From: Camelus ferus
Taxonomy: Eukaryota
Assembly (NCBI RefSeq): GCF_009834535.1
Contig: NC_045697.1
Coordinates: 40,798,001-40,862,000, forward strand
Reading direction: 5' to 3'
DNA length: 64,000 nucleotides
The notes beneath the pieces were generated by a model that saw only the letters and a list, made by a program, of their open reading frames with translations, was not told the origin of the DNA and made no database searches. The position numbers and the translations under genes are program-made. Of this stretch, positions 1-12,770 are shown piece after piece (the stretch's first letter is position 1; each line of letters opens with the position of its first letter).

Positions 1-2030
1 TTGGTTTTCATAGTCCTTTCAGTTGTTGATGTCACAAAATAACATCTTTATACATTTATACCCAAAAACATGAACTAAAAATTCTTTCAAATTATTTTAA
101 AATTGTTCTTAAAATTAAAATTTTGTTTTATTTAAATTCTTCTTTCTTACTTAATTATTTTAAATTATACTCCTAAATTATGTAGGAAACAATATTTGGT
201 GTTACAAACCAAAATTACAGCAATACTAGCTTTTACATTAATAATTTTTTAAAAATGTATTTGTCTCTTAAATACAAACAATAGAGTTACAACCATTGTT
301 AACAATAATACTAGCTTTTGTAATTAAGCATGTATTTACTTTTATACCTATATGACTGAGTTATTGTCTAGTGTTCTTTCATTTTATCTTGTAGGACTTC
401 CTTGAGTATTAATTGCAGGCCAGGTCTAGTGGTCATGAACTCCCTCAGCTTTAGTTTGTCTGGGAATGTCTTAATTTCTCCCTCACTTTTGGAGGACAGT
501 TTTGTTGGATATAGATTCTTGGTTGACAGAGTTTATTTTTTAGTACTTTGAACTTACCTGCCCTTTGTCTTTTGGCCTCCAAATGAGAATTCTGCTGATA
601 GTCCTATTGAGGGTCACCTGTATGAGCTGAATCACTTCTTGTTTTCAAGATTCTCTTTGGCTTTTGATTATAATGTGTCTTGGCATGGATCTCTTTGAGT
701 TCATCTTTGTTTGGAGCTTCTTGGTTGTTTATGTCTTTCATCAAATTTGGGAAGTTTTCAACTGTTACTTTTTCACATATTCTCTCTGCCCTTTTCTCTC
801 TCTCTTCTCCTTCTAGGGCTACCATGATATGTATGTTGGTCTGTTTATGGTAGCGTCCCATAGGCTCTGTTTATGTTTCTTCAGTCTTTCTATTCCTCAG
901 ACTTGATACTTTTTGTTATTTTATCTTCAAGTTTGCTAACTCTTTCCTCCTACTCAAGTATGCCTTTGAATCCCTGTAATGAATTTTAATTTTAGTTATT
1001 GTACTTTTCAGTTCCAGAATCTCTTTATTGTTCTTTTTTAGGTTTTCTATTTCCTTATTTGATAATTCCATTCTGTTCACACAAATTACTTTTACCATGT
1101 GTTCCTTTAATTCTTTGAGCATCTTTAAGACAGTTGTTTTAGAGTCTCTGTCTACTATAAACACCATTACTTCTTTTTCAGAAATAATTTCTGTTGATTT
1201 ATTTTTCCCTTGAATAGGCCATACTTTCCTGCTTCATTGTATGCCTTGTGATTTTTTGTTGTTGTTGAACACAAGACGTTTGAATCTAATAATGTGGTAA
1301 CTCTGAAAATGAGATTCTCCCTCTTCCTTGAGGTTTGTTTTTTTAATTGTTTCTACCCTTTTTGATTGATATAGGCTTTCTCTGTGCTGAGAGTCAAACT
1401 GAGGTGTAAACTTAACGGACTTCTCAGGTCTTCTCAGGTCTTCTCTGAGCCTTTTCCTGGGCATACATGGTCACTTTTTCATTTTTCTTCTATATGCATT
1501 TGGTTTTTTATTGTCTCAGTCTTTAGTGTCTTGCTCCCAAAAGGGGAAAAAATGAAAATGAAGGTGTAAAGGGCACCAGCCATTTAAATCCTTGGGAAGT
1601 CACTTAAGATGAGGAGATGGGAGGCTTGCAACAATTGGGGGACGTATAGCAACAATGGCTGCCCACCTCTTTGCACCTCTGCGATCAGAAACAGTAGTCA
1701 GCAGTCAGAGGAGAGAGGCTTGATATTTGGTGGACACAGTCTTTCCTGCCTACTGTGGCTCCTGCAGACTCTGCGCAAGCTGCTTCAGGAACACATGCAC
1801 AGCTGCTAGCTACATGGCTGGGGGTGTAGGATGGGCAGCTGCTGCTGTACAAAGAGCTGAAATTGACCAAAATTAACTGTAATTTACCATTTAAGTTGTC
1901 TTCTGGAAGCTGTAAGCCTTTAGCAGATTCCAGAGTTCCAAGATAGTTATCAGACAGATTCTTGCCGATGCAGTTGTTGACTCGGTGGGGAGGCAGATTC
2001 CTCATGTTTCTATCCCACCATCTTCCCACA
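1..2030 (-). mobile_element. Old, decayed LINE-1 (L1M-type) 5' region/ORF1, antisense in KLHL8 intron 1
   Basis: Minus-strand ORF fragments 604-861 (ENFPNLMKDIN..QEA) and 916-1167 (LKMLKELKE..EILELKSTITKIK) resemble L1 ORF1p. Frames are broken, and L1M 5'-end-like sequence runs to about 2030. Boundaries approximate. Confidence 0.8.
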
Positions 2031-2254
2031 ATTTTCCAGTTTGATATTAAAGGAGTTCCTTCACTGATATAAAATAATTAGCTGAGATAACTTATGTGAC
2101 ATTTAGTATAAAAATGCAAAGTTACTTATTTTTTCAATAATGATTTCTACAGTCATTTTATATATATAGCATTCAGTAAGCTGTAATTACTAATGATTGG
2201 GTTTTGGGGGGGTTGTTTTTATGTGTGTGTGGTTTTTGTTTTGTTTTGTTTTAG

Positions 2255-2406
2255 TCTCAGCAAGCTGAACAATGGCAGTTGAGTGGATTTTGAAAAATGT
2301 CTGAAGTTTAGTGAGTGGCATCTACCTTCTACCTTCTCCCCATCCTTTACAAAAGAATAAATGGGATGTTTGAGAAGAGAGCTGTATTAAAAGAAGAGTG
2401 TTACAA
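2255..2406 (+). other. KLHL8: KLHL8 5' UTR part of the first coding exon
   Basis: T-rich tract ending ttttag at 2254 (acceptor), then 152 nt to the ATG at 2407. Confidence 0.75.
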
Positions 2407-2619
2407 ATGGCTTCAGAATCTTTGAATGCAAAACAAGCTAGGAATCGCCTCACAAAGGGGAAAAGGCAACAGCACCAGCAAATAAAGAACAGATCTTCAG
2501 TCAGTGATGGTGATGGAGAAGATTCCTTTATCTTTGAAGCAAATGAAGCTTGGAAAGATTTTCATGGTTCTCTTCTTCAGTTTTATGAAAATGGAGACCT
2601 TTGTGATGTCACACTGAAG
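2407..2619 (+). CDS. KLHL8: Kelch-like protein 8, coding exon 1 (MASESLNAKQ...LCDVTLK)
   Basis: ATG at 2407, donor AAG|gtgaga at 2620, 213 nt, phase 0. Matches the KLHL8 N-terminus and start of the BTB domain. Confidence 0.95.
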
Positions 2620-3042
2620 GTGAGATTGTCTTCTTTTTTCTTTTCTCATCCTCTTCAGTGTATTATGAAAAATAAAGGTTTCTGTAACCAGGCAAATTTT
2701 TGGTGCTGTACTACTTATAGCCAGGATGATTTTAGTTTCAATCCTTTTTTAAAGGAGAAGGGACAAGGGAGGGTAAGTAAAGGGAGCTTAACATAAGAAA
2801 AAATTATTGTACTAATTATATGTTAATATTCACTGTTTCTTAGTTTAACTTCTGAAAATTCTTAGCCCTAAAACAAGTAGCTATTATTAGTGAAATGAGT
2901 AAATTGCTGTTGATCAGAAAAGCTTTCAACTTATGAATTTAAAAATCTTAATGTATTCATTTACACTTGATGTAGGTTAGAAGTTAGAATTCTTGGTTTA
3001 TGTAGCTGCACTAGTGTTTTATTGAATGTTTCTATTCTGGTA

Positions 3043-3363
3043 CAGGCATATCTCGTTTTATTGCATTTTGCTTTATTGCATTTAACATATATTGCTTTTT
3101 TTTATAAACAAATTGAAGGTTTGTCAAAGCAACCCTGAGTTGTCAAATGATGGTTAGCACTACTTAGCAATAAAGTATTTTTTTAATTAAGGTATGTACA
3201 CTGATTTTTAAACATAATGCTGTTGCACACTTTTAGGATAGTCTAAACATAAATTTCATATGCATTGGGAAACCAAAAAACTTGTGTGACCTGCTTTATT
3301 TCAATATTTGCTTTATTGCAGTGGTCTGGAATTGAACCTGCAGTAGTCTCCAAGATAAGCCTG
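3043..3363 (+). mobile_element. Internally deleted Tigger1-type (TcMar) DNA transposon
   Basis: Starts CAGGCATATCTCGTTTTATTGC and ends ...CTCCAAGATAAGCCTG (degenerate TIRs), with TA target duplications at 3041-3042 and 3364-3365. Confidence 0.85.
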
Positions 3364-6300
3364 TAATTTCACCTCTACTTCAATACTGTTGTCTGTTAAG
3401 TGAGATTGTTTATCTATACCTGATAGTGAAGTAGAGTCTATTTAGACTTGGATGAATAAGTCTTTGGTAGAGTTTGTCTAAGTCTATAGGATCATGTTGC
3501 TCTGCTACAAAAGACGATTTTAATAAAATTAGAAAATTGATAAAGCAGTGTGGAAGAACATGTTTTCTAATTGTTTCTCATTGCTCATTTAAAGTACTTT
3601 ATTATTATTCATATCTTGCAGTGTAATAATTAAATTCTTTTGGTGATTTATGTGCATCCATGCAGTATTTTCCACATGAGATTTACCACTTTGCGATCTC
3701 TCAGATGTTACTTTCTGCTTCTTATTAGTCAAATTCTTAGAGGTCAGAATTGTGGGGATTGAGGCCATCCTCAGAGAGTCAGATCAGGAGACACTCAGTA
3801 AAAGTCCATAAACTGAAAACATAAACGCTTGAGTTTCAAGCCCAGAACGTTCAGGAGTATAGTGTTACACTGTAAGTGACCCCTGTTCTTTTTACTTAAA
3901 CTCTTAGTTTCCTTATATGTTTCTAGGTCCTAAAATATTGAGAAGGAAGCCATTAAATAATTTTACTAGCTTTGTGTGAAATTTAGCCATGTGTATATTT
4001 TAAGGAAGGAACACCTAAACTCTTTGATCTGTGTAGCATATTATGTTTAACGCCATTGTTCTCATTTTCAACCCTAGTGTGAAATTCAGTGACCCACATT
4101 GCCTTTGGCAAAAATAAAATGTAAAATAGATTATTTGTATAATAAATTATCAGTTCAGTATATTAATATGTGTTGGAAAATAATTAAACAGAATGTTATT
4201 ATATAAGTTTTATAATTGGACTTTAGGATGATTTTTACTAGCTGCTACATATAAACTTAAGTGAAAAAATAAGGATACAGTCATTTTAGGGCAAATGATA
4301 ACTGATTTCATAACTTTTCTTTATTAACTTCAGCAATAGGTTGAAATGAAAACTTAAGAAGAATCTATGCTGGAAACCCAAAAATACTGTGTTTGAAGCA
4401 ATGACAGAGGTCTTTGGTAATGAGAAGCTTCACTAATTTAAAGGGGCTATCATTTTTATTTTTTCAACTAAAATTAATTAGGTTTTTGTGATGAATAAGT
4501 GAATTGATAACATGTAAAGTCCTTAAAACAGTGCTTAGTGCATAAAAAAAATAAATATCAGCTGTTAGGTTCATTACGTGCACTATTATTGTTTTTCCAA
4601 AGAGTGTCAGATAATTCTGCTATGGTATATTCTGTTCTTATTTATTAGAAAGAATTACAACTTAATCTTTTAGCAAGTCTGCTCTTGGATTCATTTAATT
4701 GTAATTCAGCATTTCTTAAACTTTCGTAATTTAACTATCATAGAACAACTAAACCAAATAGGATTATGGATAGTTTACAATGCTGTTTGACATAAACTTC
4801 ACTTTTTACATTCATATAACCTTAGGGGTTATGCCTTGATATATACATCTCCTTTTTGCTATTTGTTTCCGTTGATCATTATTGCTTTTAGAACAAACAT
4901 TTTAGAAAGGCAATTATCAAGACTTGTTTTATTGTTCATATGTAAGGCCATTAGTGCATTTTAAAATTCCAAAGTGAGCACCTATATTAGAAACAACAAA
5001 CAAATTCGTTTAACAGATATTTACTAAGATCTTACCCTACTACATGGAGAGTATAAGTAAATTTGAATAATATGCTGTACTTGCCATAAAAGAATTTGAA
5101 GGTTAGCCAGAGATAGGCACATTCACAGCTAACTATAATACAACTTAGTGATTGTCATTTTGTGGTATTTTTATGGAAGCATGGGAGAAGATCTATTATG
5201 TCTGAGAGGTGACTGGAAAGGCTTCACTTAGGAGACTGTATATTATCTTGAGGTCATTCCAGGGAGAGGTAAAACTTGTTTATACTTTATTACATTTATT
5301 AGAGAAATATTTTAAAATAGTATATCTAGTGGCAGGTCTAAAATTATATCTGAGGGAAGCTTTGTAAGGGCAACAGTTTGGGGACAGGGCAGAGGGAAGT
5401 TGTCTTGAAGGGGTATTGCATAGCACTCATAATGCTTAGATTGTATGTCACAGATCGACAAGAGTGGCATTTACAAAGATGCTTTTACCTATACTTTATG
5501 TTGTTTGAGGAAGTGTCATTGTTCTTTTTAAAGGTAACAGTTAATTTTACTTGACGAGTTTAATAGGGATTATTAGAGGAGGACAACCCCTAACATCATC
5601 TCTTGATGCCACCATTGAATATGTTTCATTCATAGTATTTGGCTTCTTTTTTTTTTTTTTTTTTTTTTTTGATATGTGTGCTTCTGTGATTTTTTTTTAG
5701 GCAAGTATTTATAGGATTCTAATAAACATGTTGAAGGCTGTAAGTGTTATAATTATTTGCTGTCAAAACTTTCAACTGACCAAGTAAGAATAAGAGCTCT
5801 GAAAAATTGCAGGGAAATAAAATATGTAAACTACATTAGAGTAGTATACTTCCCAGAAGTAGAAATGATAAAATTATTATCCTTATAAATGTAACGGTTA
5901 ATTCCTGACTAGAAAACAGACATAATTTAATAGAAGCGAAAGTAATTTTGTAATTAACATTTAAATATTCTGTGTTAAGAAGTCTAATAAAATTATGATC
6001 ACTTTTACTTTTATCCTTTCAACTAGTAAATCAGTATTTTGATTTTTTTTCATGTTGCTCCGAAAAGGAGGTATTGAAGTATTTCTATCCATAGATCCTT
6101 TAACACCCAAAATGCTACTACCTAAAAATTGTTTCCATTGTGAAAGTTTTTAAAATAAATGTGGTAAGATTGTAGAACAGTGAATGTGGCTAGACATTTC
6201 AATATGCTAATTCACTGTAAGCTAAGACATTATCTTGAGCCTTATACATTTAACCCCTTCTTAACCTTGGCAATTAAACATGTTTTTTGGCTACTCAAGC

Positions 6301-6639
6301 TGATTAAAATTTTTGGCTGAATGAAAAGAGTAGCTAATTGAGCTAAAAGGGCAAAATTACAAGGGATTAAACTGAAAAATTAGAATATAGCTTATATACA
6401 AACATAAAAGGAGACAGGTATATAGGCTTTTTTCCCTTCAGTCTTTGTTTCTGTACTGCTATGTGTCTTCTGCACTTTTATTTCTATGTAGTTCTTAAAC
6501 ATTTAGCTTGAATTACTGTTGTGGCATAATCACAAACATTTCAAGCTAATATGCTTTAGTTTTTGTTTTAATTATAAAAAATTTTTAGTATGTTATAGTT
6601 AAAAACATACTTAACTATTAATACTTAGAAATGAAACAA

Positions 6640-7280
6640 ATCTAAGAACAACTAGTTCACGAAAGAATAGTTCACAGAATAGCCAAATTTTTAAAAAGCA
6701 CTAAATATGGCAAAGAAGAAAAAAAAATCGTTGAAAAATTCTTCCCTTATCAACGTATTGAACATTTAACACATTTATTGCTTTTGAAATTTTGGTGAAG
6801 GAAGTATTTTCAAACACTGCTGGTGGATATGTAAATTGGCTCATTGTTTTTCACAGATGGTTTGGCAGTATATATGAAGAGCTATAAAAAGCTTAAATTT
6901 ATTGATTCGTTAATTCTGCTTTTCAGATTTTATCTTAAGGAAGTATTCTGAAATGCTGAAAAAACCTCTGCTCTAAAATGCTGTTTGTGTTTAAAATATG
7001 GAAAAATTGTCCAAATGGCTGATATCTCAGTAGTTAAATGAGCTGTGTTACATCCACTGTATAGAATAATATACAGCCAATAAGCATGAAGGTTTCAGCG
7101 TTTTCAGAAACTTAGGAAAAGATGACAAAGTTCAGGACAATCTCAGTTATGTTTCAAAATGCATGGGAAAAAGTTAAAATAATATCAACAGGTTGACATA
7201 TTTGTTGAATTGTGAGTAAATTTTTTCCCTTATATTTTTCTGTGCTTTCTTGATTTTTACACATTGAATATGTGTTTTAG
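6640..7280 (+). mobile_element. Ancient L1 (L1ME-like) 3' fragment
   Basis: Degenerate L1 ORF2-end/3'UTR motifs such as cactgctggtgg..tgtaaattgg and tttggcagtatat. Boundaries approximate. Confidence 0.55.
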
Positions 7281-8879
7281 TCAGGGGAGGAAGAAAACTT
7301 GAAAAGTAAGTGACCTTTAATATAAGATAATAGATAGGTTCATTTTATAAGTCAGAACTGATAGTTAATAGAAGTTTTATTCTTTGTTTAATTTTTTTAT
7401 GTCATTTTTAGTTCATTTTTAAAATCTCATAATTCAGCAGATCATTTATTGTTTTCAAACAGAGTTCTACTTAGTTTGTCATGTAGTTTTTCTGGTTGGA
7501 CCTAAATACTGAATTCAGCAATAAAAATTAAGGGTGCTTGACTTCCCCTAGTATCCCTTCCCACCAGACCTCCATGTTGAAAGTGAGATGCTTTATCAAA
7601 CTCAAAGCCTTTGTTTCATTGTATTTTGATCCATGTTGGCTGATGATCTGTGGGAAATTACTCAAGGTTTTGATTAGATGTTTGTATTTCAAGCTTTTAT
7701 TAAACAAGGGATCATTATATTAGTTGATATTCTACATATTTAACTGCTTGAGTTTTAGCTTGACTTTTTTTCCTCTGAGCATCTTGAATTATTCTTATGT
7801 TCACTGATCTAATAAAAATGTAAACTAAAAAATTCACTAGTTATCAAGGACATACTGTAGTATTTATCTCTATAATTTTAAATTATATAATAACATCTAA
7901 TATTTTATAGTTTGTGCATTTTTCACCCAGTTTTAAGCATCTAGTTTTTAGACGTTTATTTTTTCATTTTAAAATTTCTGATGAGATGTTTTTGATAATC
8001 GGTAATTATTTTTATGTACTAGAGAAGAAAAATTTGGGAGTAAATGCTTAAGAGTATAATGACACTCTATAGTGTTAAAGGAGAATTAATGAATGCATAA
8101 AAGTTAATTTTTTTTTAATGTTCCTGTTTCATACATATGGCTTAAAGATCTCTTTAAAGTTAAGGTGGGTATTCTCAAAGGTACACAGGGGTGTGATTAA
8201 ATGTGTATTAAATATCTATTTTACCTAATTTGAATCAAACTAGAGTTAAAGAGAAACAGCCTTATTATAAACAATATGAAAATAGCTTGCAAGCTATTGA
8301 TTTGTACAGCTTAGATGAGAAGGCAGTGTTAAAATGATGTTTATTTGGAAATTGTAGAACCTTATAATACTATTATATAATAGTGTTAGTTGTTTGAGCA
8401 GTTTTATGTCATGTGAGATTTACAGATATTTACATAGAAATTAAATATCAGTGGTGTCCAGTGCAGATAATCCAAAAAAGAATATTTTTAGACTATTTTT
8501 AAATGTTTAATACCAGATTTCAGATCCCATTTTAAGGTTGAAGTAAATTTGAGAACATTTCAAGCTTTTTGCTGCAGTCTAGGTTGCAACTTGAGACTCA
8601 ATGGAATCTAAATCCTGCCTTGTGAATTCTTTTAAAAAATTAAATATAGTATAACTAACAGAAACAGCCTTCCTATACTTACTGAAATAAGTGATATTCA
8701 TTAATGAAAAAAGTTGGGTAAAGGGAATTTATAAGCAAAACCATTTACACATTGTAACATTCCTCAGGCTTTTTTTATGTTTAGAGTTCTTATTTTAAAA
8801 TTAGTTCCCAAATAATGAGACACAACTATCAGTGTATTATATAATCAAAAATGCTGCATGAAAACAGGAAAATTGCTAA

Positions 8880-9790
8880 AACATAGGTAATCCTGTTACT
8901 TGTACTCATTGATTATTTAACATAAAGTGCTGGGAAAACCAGATAACTACTATGTTTAAAAAAAGAAAAAAGGTATCTGTCATCTCAGTACTAGAAACTT
9001 CCAGATGGAAATAAAGATTTAAGTGAAAAACATAAAACCATAAAAGTACTAGAAAACGTACTTGAAGTAAATATTTATAGAATATTAGAGTGACTCCCAT
9101 TTCAAACATAGCACCTAAGACAGAAATCATAAAGAAAAGATTGATTTTTAAAAAATTCATAGGGAGTGAATAAAATTCAGAAGCACACTTACAAAAGAGA
9201 AAAGTGTGAAATATATATGGCAAATGACTTAATATTCTAAACATCTGAGGAGTTCTTACAAATAAAAAGTCATAGAAAAAGAGTTCACAGAAGAAATACA
9301 AATAGCCCAAAGGGGGGAAGGTTTATAGCTCAGTGATAGAGTGCATGCTTAGCATGCACAAGGCTCTGAGTTCAATCCCTAGGGCCTCCATTAAAAATAA
9401 ATTAAATAAATAAACCCTAATGACTTCTCCAAAAAAAAAGAAAAGAAAAAAAGCCCAAAATTTATGAATGATGCAGTCATATTAGTGAAAGAAATATAAA
9501 CTAAAACAATGAGATATTTCATTCATCAAATTGGCAAATACTTCTTAACAAATTAACACTCAGAATATGGCACAAATATTGTTAAGTAGAACAGAAACGG
9601 ACAATTTAGCAGTATGTAGGTACAAATTGTACCTATCCTTTGAAGCAGCATTTCTATTTTTAGGAATTTATCTGTGGGAAATAATAGAGAATGTAAATAG
9701 ATATTCAGTTACAACAAAGTTTACTACTTTGTCATTTATAATAGCAAACTATTGGAAACAATCTAATTTTTCAACAACTAAAGGGGTGAG
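8880..9790 (+). mobile_element. Ancient L1 ORF2/3' fragment, interrupted by a SINE
   Basis: A-rich L1-like motifs (aaactaaaacaatgagatat..atcaaattggcaaa; ttttaggaatttatc). Boundaries approximate. Confidence 0.6.
9312..9451 (+). mobile_element. tRNA-derived SINE (camelid Vic-1-like)
   Basis: G-rich head, A-box tagctcagtga, B-box gagttcaatcc, A-rich tail. TSD agcccaaa at 9304-9311 and 9452-9459. Confidence 0.85.
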
Positions 9791-10029
9791 ATTTCAGTTT
9801 TTTTATTATAAAATATGTTTTATAAAATATGTCATTTCAAAATAATTTAGATAGGAAATGAACAAACCTCAGTTAAGTTCATAGTAGATACTACTAAATT
9901 TCTAAACATTTTTTACTCTATTTGTTTTTTTTCACTGATAAATTGTGGATAATAAAAGTACCTACTCATGGGGGTGCTGGGACAATTAAGTGAATTAATA
10001 CATGAAAACACTTAGAATAGTCCCTGACA

Positions 10030-10440
10030 TGATGACTACAGTTACCAATACTGTATGGTTTATTTGAAAGTTGCTAAGAGAGTAGGTCTTAAAAGTTCTC
10101 ATCAGAAAGAAAAGAAAAATTGTGATTATGTGAGGTGATAATTTACTAAAACTCATTGTGGTGATTGTCTCACAGTATATACATATATCAAATCATTAGG
10201 TTGCATAACTTTTTTGGTTTTTGTTTTTTAGGGTTTTTTTGGGGTGGGGTGGAGGTAATTAGGTCTGTTTATTTAGTTATTTTTTAAATGGAGGTACTGG
10301 GGATTGAACCCAGAACCTCGTGCATGCTGAGCAGCATGCACTCTACCATTTGAGCTATACCCTTCCCCTGTGTTGCATATCTTAAATTTATAGAATGTTG
10401 TATGTCAATAAAACTTCAAAAAGTTAAAAAAAAAAAAAAA
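10030..10440 (+). mobile_element. L1MA-type 3' end with poly(A), inserted in a MIR and interrupted by a SINE
   Basis: tgaaagttgctaagagagtag..cttaaaagttctcatca motif, aataaa and poly(A) at 10426-10440. Confidence 0.75.
10209..10368 (-). mobile_element. tRNA-derived SINE (camelid Vic-1-like)
   Basis: Reverse complement of the same family (gaggtactggggattgaaccc...tgagctataccc). TSD gttgcata at 10200-10207 and 10372-10379. Confidence 0.85.
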
Positions 10441-10795
10441 CTCAACAGATCAAAAAAAAATATAGTGCCTGATACAAAGTGCTAGGTGATGTTTGCTGCT
10501 GTCCTCATTAATTCACAGAATGCTTCTGAAATATGAGATAATATAGAAAAATCATAGTTTATGGTATAGACATTATAGATAACACGTGTAAAAGTTAACT
10601 GTCTAATTTGGAAGAAGAAAATTGCCTGATTTTAAGAAACTGGCCTACATTGAATGTAAGTGACCAAAGCATTACATTGTTAAAACAAATACACTAAATT
10701 TGTCTGGAATTTTTGTCCCTGCTACAGCACATGCTCGATGCTGATCTAAAACTAATTTTGTTATTAAACTGAGTCTTTTTGTTTGTTTTGAACAG

Positions 10796-11344
10796 GTTGG
10801 CTCAAAGCTAATCTCTTGTCACAAACTGGTATTGGCTTGTGTTATTCCCTACTTCAGAGCCATGTTTCTCTCTGAAATGGCTGAAGCCAAGCAAACACTG
10901 ATTGAGATCAGAGATTTTGATGGTGATGCAATAGAAGACTTGGTAAAGTTTGTCTATTCTTCACGGCTCACGTTGACAGTTGACAACGTCCAGCCTCTGT
11001 TATATGCAGCCTGTATTCTACAGGTTGAACTGGTGGCTAGAGCTTGTTGTGAATACATGAAGTTACATTTTCATCCCTCCAATTGTCTGGCAGTAAGATC
11101 CTTTGCAGAAAGTCACAATCGAATAGACTTAATGGACATGGCAGATCAGTATGCTTGTGAGCATTTTACTGAAGTGGTGGAGTGTGAAGACTTTGTAAGT
11201 GTGTCACCCCAGCATCTCCATAAACTTTTGTCCTCCAGTGATCTAAATATTGAGAATGAAAAGCAGGTCTATAGTGCAGCCATCAAGTGGCTTCTTGCCA
11301 ATCCCCAGCATCATTCCAAATGGTTGGATGAAACACTTGCACAG
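10796..11344 (+). CDS. KLHL8: KLHL8 coding exon 2 (BTB and BACK domains; VGSKLISCHKLVLAC...DETLAQ)
   Basis: aacag| acceptor, CAG|gtaggg donor, 549 nt open frame, BTB motif HKLVLAC..PYFRAMF. Confidence 0.97.
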
Positions 11345-12583
11345 GTAGGGACTGAAGTAAGATTGTGTATAGATATGAAGTGATATGGAAGCAAATCAGC
11401 ATGTTCCATTTAGCATAAGAAGTGTAGATTATCCATTGAGGTAATACAGTGTGAAAATGGCTTTGACTCTTACTTGCCTGCTTACTCACTATACCATTTA
11501 AGGATAAGTCTGAATGTGTTACATTTGAATTAGAAATACCATTATCTGCTTTTTAATCTGAATATTTAAAATATCCTTTGAGGTAGTAGTAATGAATGTT
11601 TTATTTATGCTAAAATGTTCTGAGAAAACACTGCTACATTAGTTTATAGCTATTTTATAATAAAGTTTCTAAATTTACTGGATTACCTTGCTAATGAAAG
11701 TACACTTATTCCTAATAATTGGATTTATTCTGGAAGGAACTGTAAGACATCATTTTATGTTTTGTTTCCTCACTACAATTTTACTTTTTCAACATCAGAA
11801 TTATATACGATGTCTCTTTTAAATTATTTATTTGTTAATTTATTTTTACTGTCAACAGACATTTTTAACAGGGAGATAACAAATAGGCCTTAGAATTACT
11901 TTTGAAAATAAGTTTGTCAACAAAAACAAAGTTTTATTTCTGTTTTATCTTGCACCTGAATCTTACTCGTGTGTATGTGTGTGCACCTTTAACTCAGTCA
12001 CATAATGTGGTTTGATCATCCCTTTAATCCACTAGAAAATCAGTGCATCTTTAAGAGGAGAATGGTGAGTGCCTCTACTGAAAGAGGGTGCATCCCCTAG
12101 TATAACCTTCCAGGTCATAGAAAACATCACCTATTTGTTTCAGATATGAATTCTTTCACATACATGTGAAAAATTAATCACATTTCCATACATTCAGTCT
12201 TAGCTTTAAAAGGCCAGAGAACAAAGCACCACAATTTTGTTTTGATTATGCCTTTCCTGTAGCAGCAAGGGGCCTTGTGATTATGACAGTACCATTTTTG
12301 GAAGTGAATAAGTAACTTGACTGAAGACAATTGAATGATTTTATCCAGTCTACTTAAACCTGTATTTAAAAGGGAAGATATATTTAACATGTAATCTCAT
12401 TTCATTAGTGCAGACCAATACTGGAAATTGCTTTAGAACTTGGCACTTTGAACTACATTCACATGTTAGAAAGGATTTATGAAGTAAATGAGTTTTAAAA
12501 AGAGAACATGCTACAGTGAAAGTAGAGAATGAGCTATCCAATTGCAAGTTAAATTTTATATCTGCAACTATTCACAATCTTAG

Positions 12584-12770
12584 GTTCGTTTGCCGCTGTT
12601 GCCAGTTGACTTTCTTATGGGTGTTGTGGCAAAAGAACAGATTGTCAAGCAAAATCTAAAATGTAGAGATTTATTGGATGAAGCAAGAAATTATCACCTT
12701 CACTTGAGTAGCAGAGCAGTACCTGACTTTGAATACTCCATTCGGACTACTCCAAGGAAGCATACTGCTG
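12584..12770 (+). CDS. KLHL8: KLHL8 coding exon 3 (VRLPLLPVDF...RTTPRKHTA)
   Basis: cttag| acceptor, CTG|gtaatt donor, 187 nt. End of the BACK domain. Confidence 0.96.

Noticed and set aside
604..1464. Minus-strand ORFs as an independent gene
   Set aside because: They are fragmented L1 ORF1 remnants.
11579..11590. TGAGGTAGTAGT, identical to the first 12 nt of let-7g/i
   Set aside because: The match stops at 12 nt and I see no complementary arm, so it is most likely chance. The TGAGGTAG on the minus strand at 47763-47770 is likewise not a target site in the AFF1 mRNA orientation.
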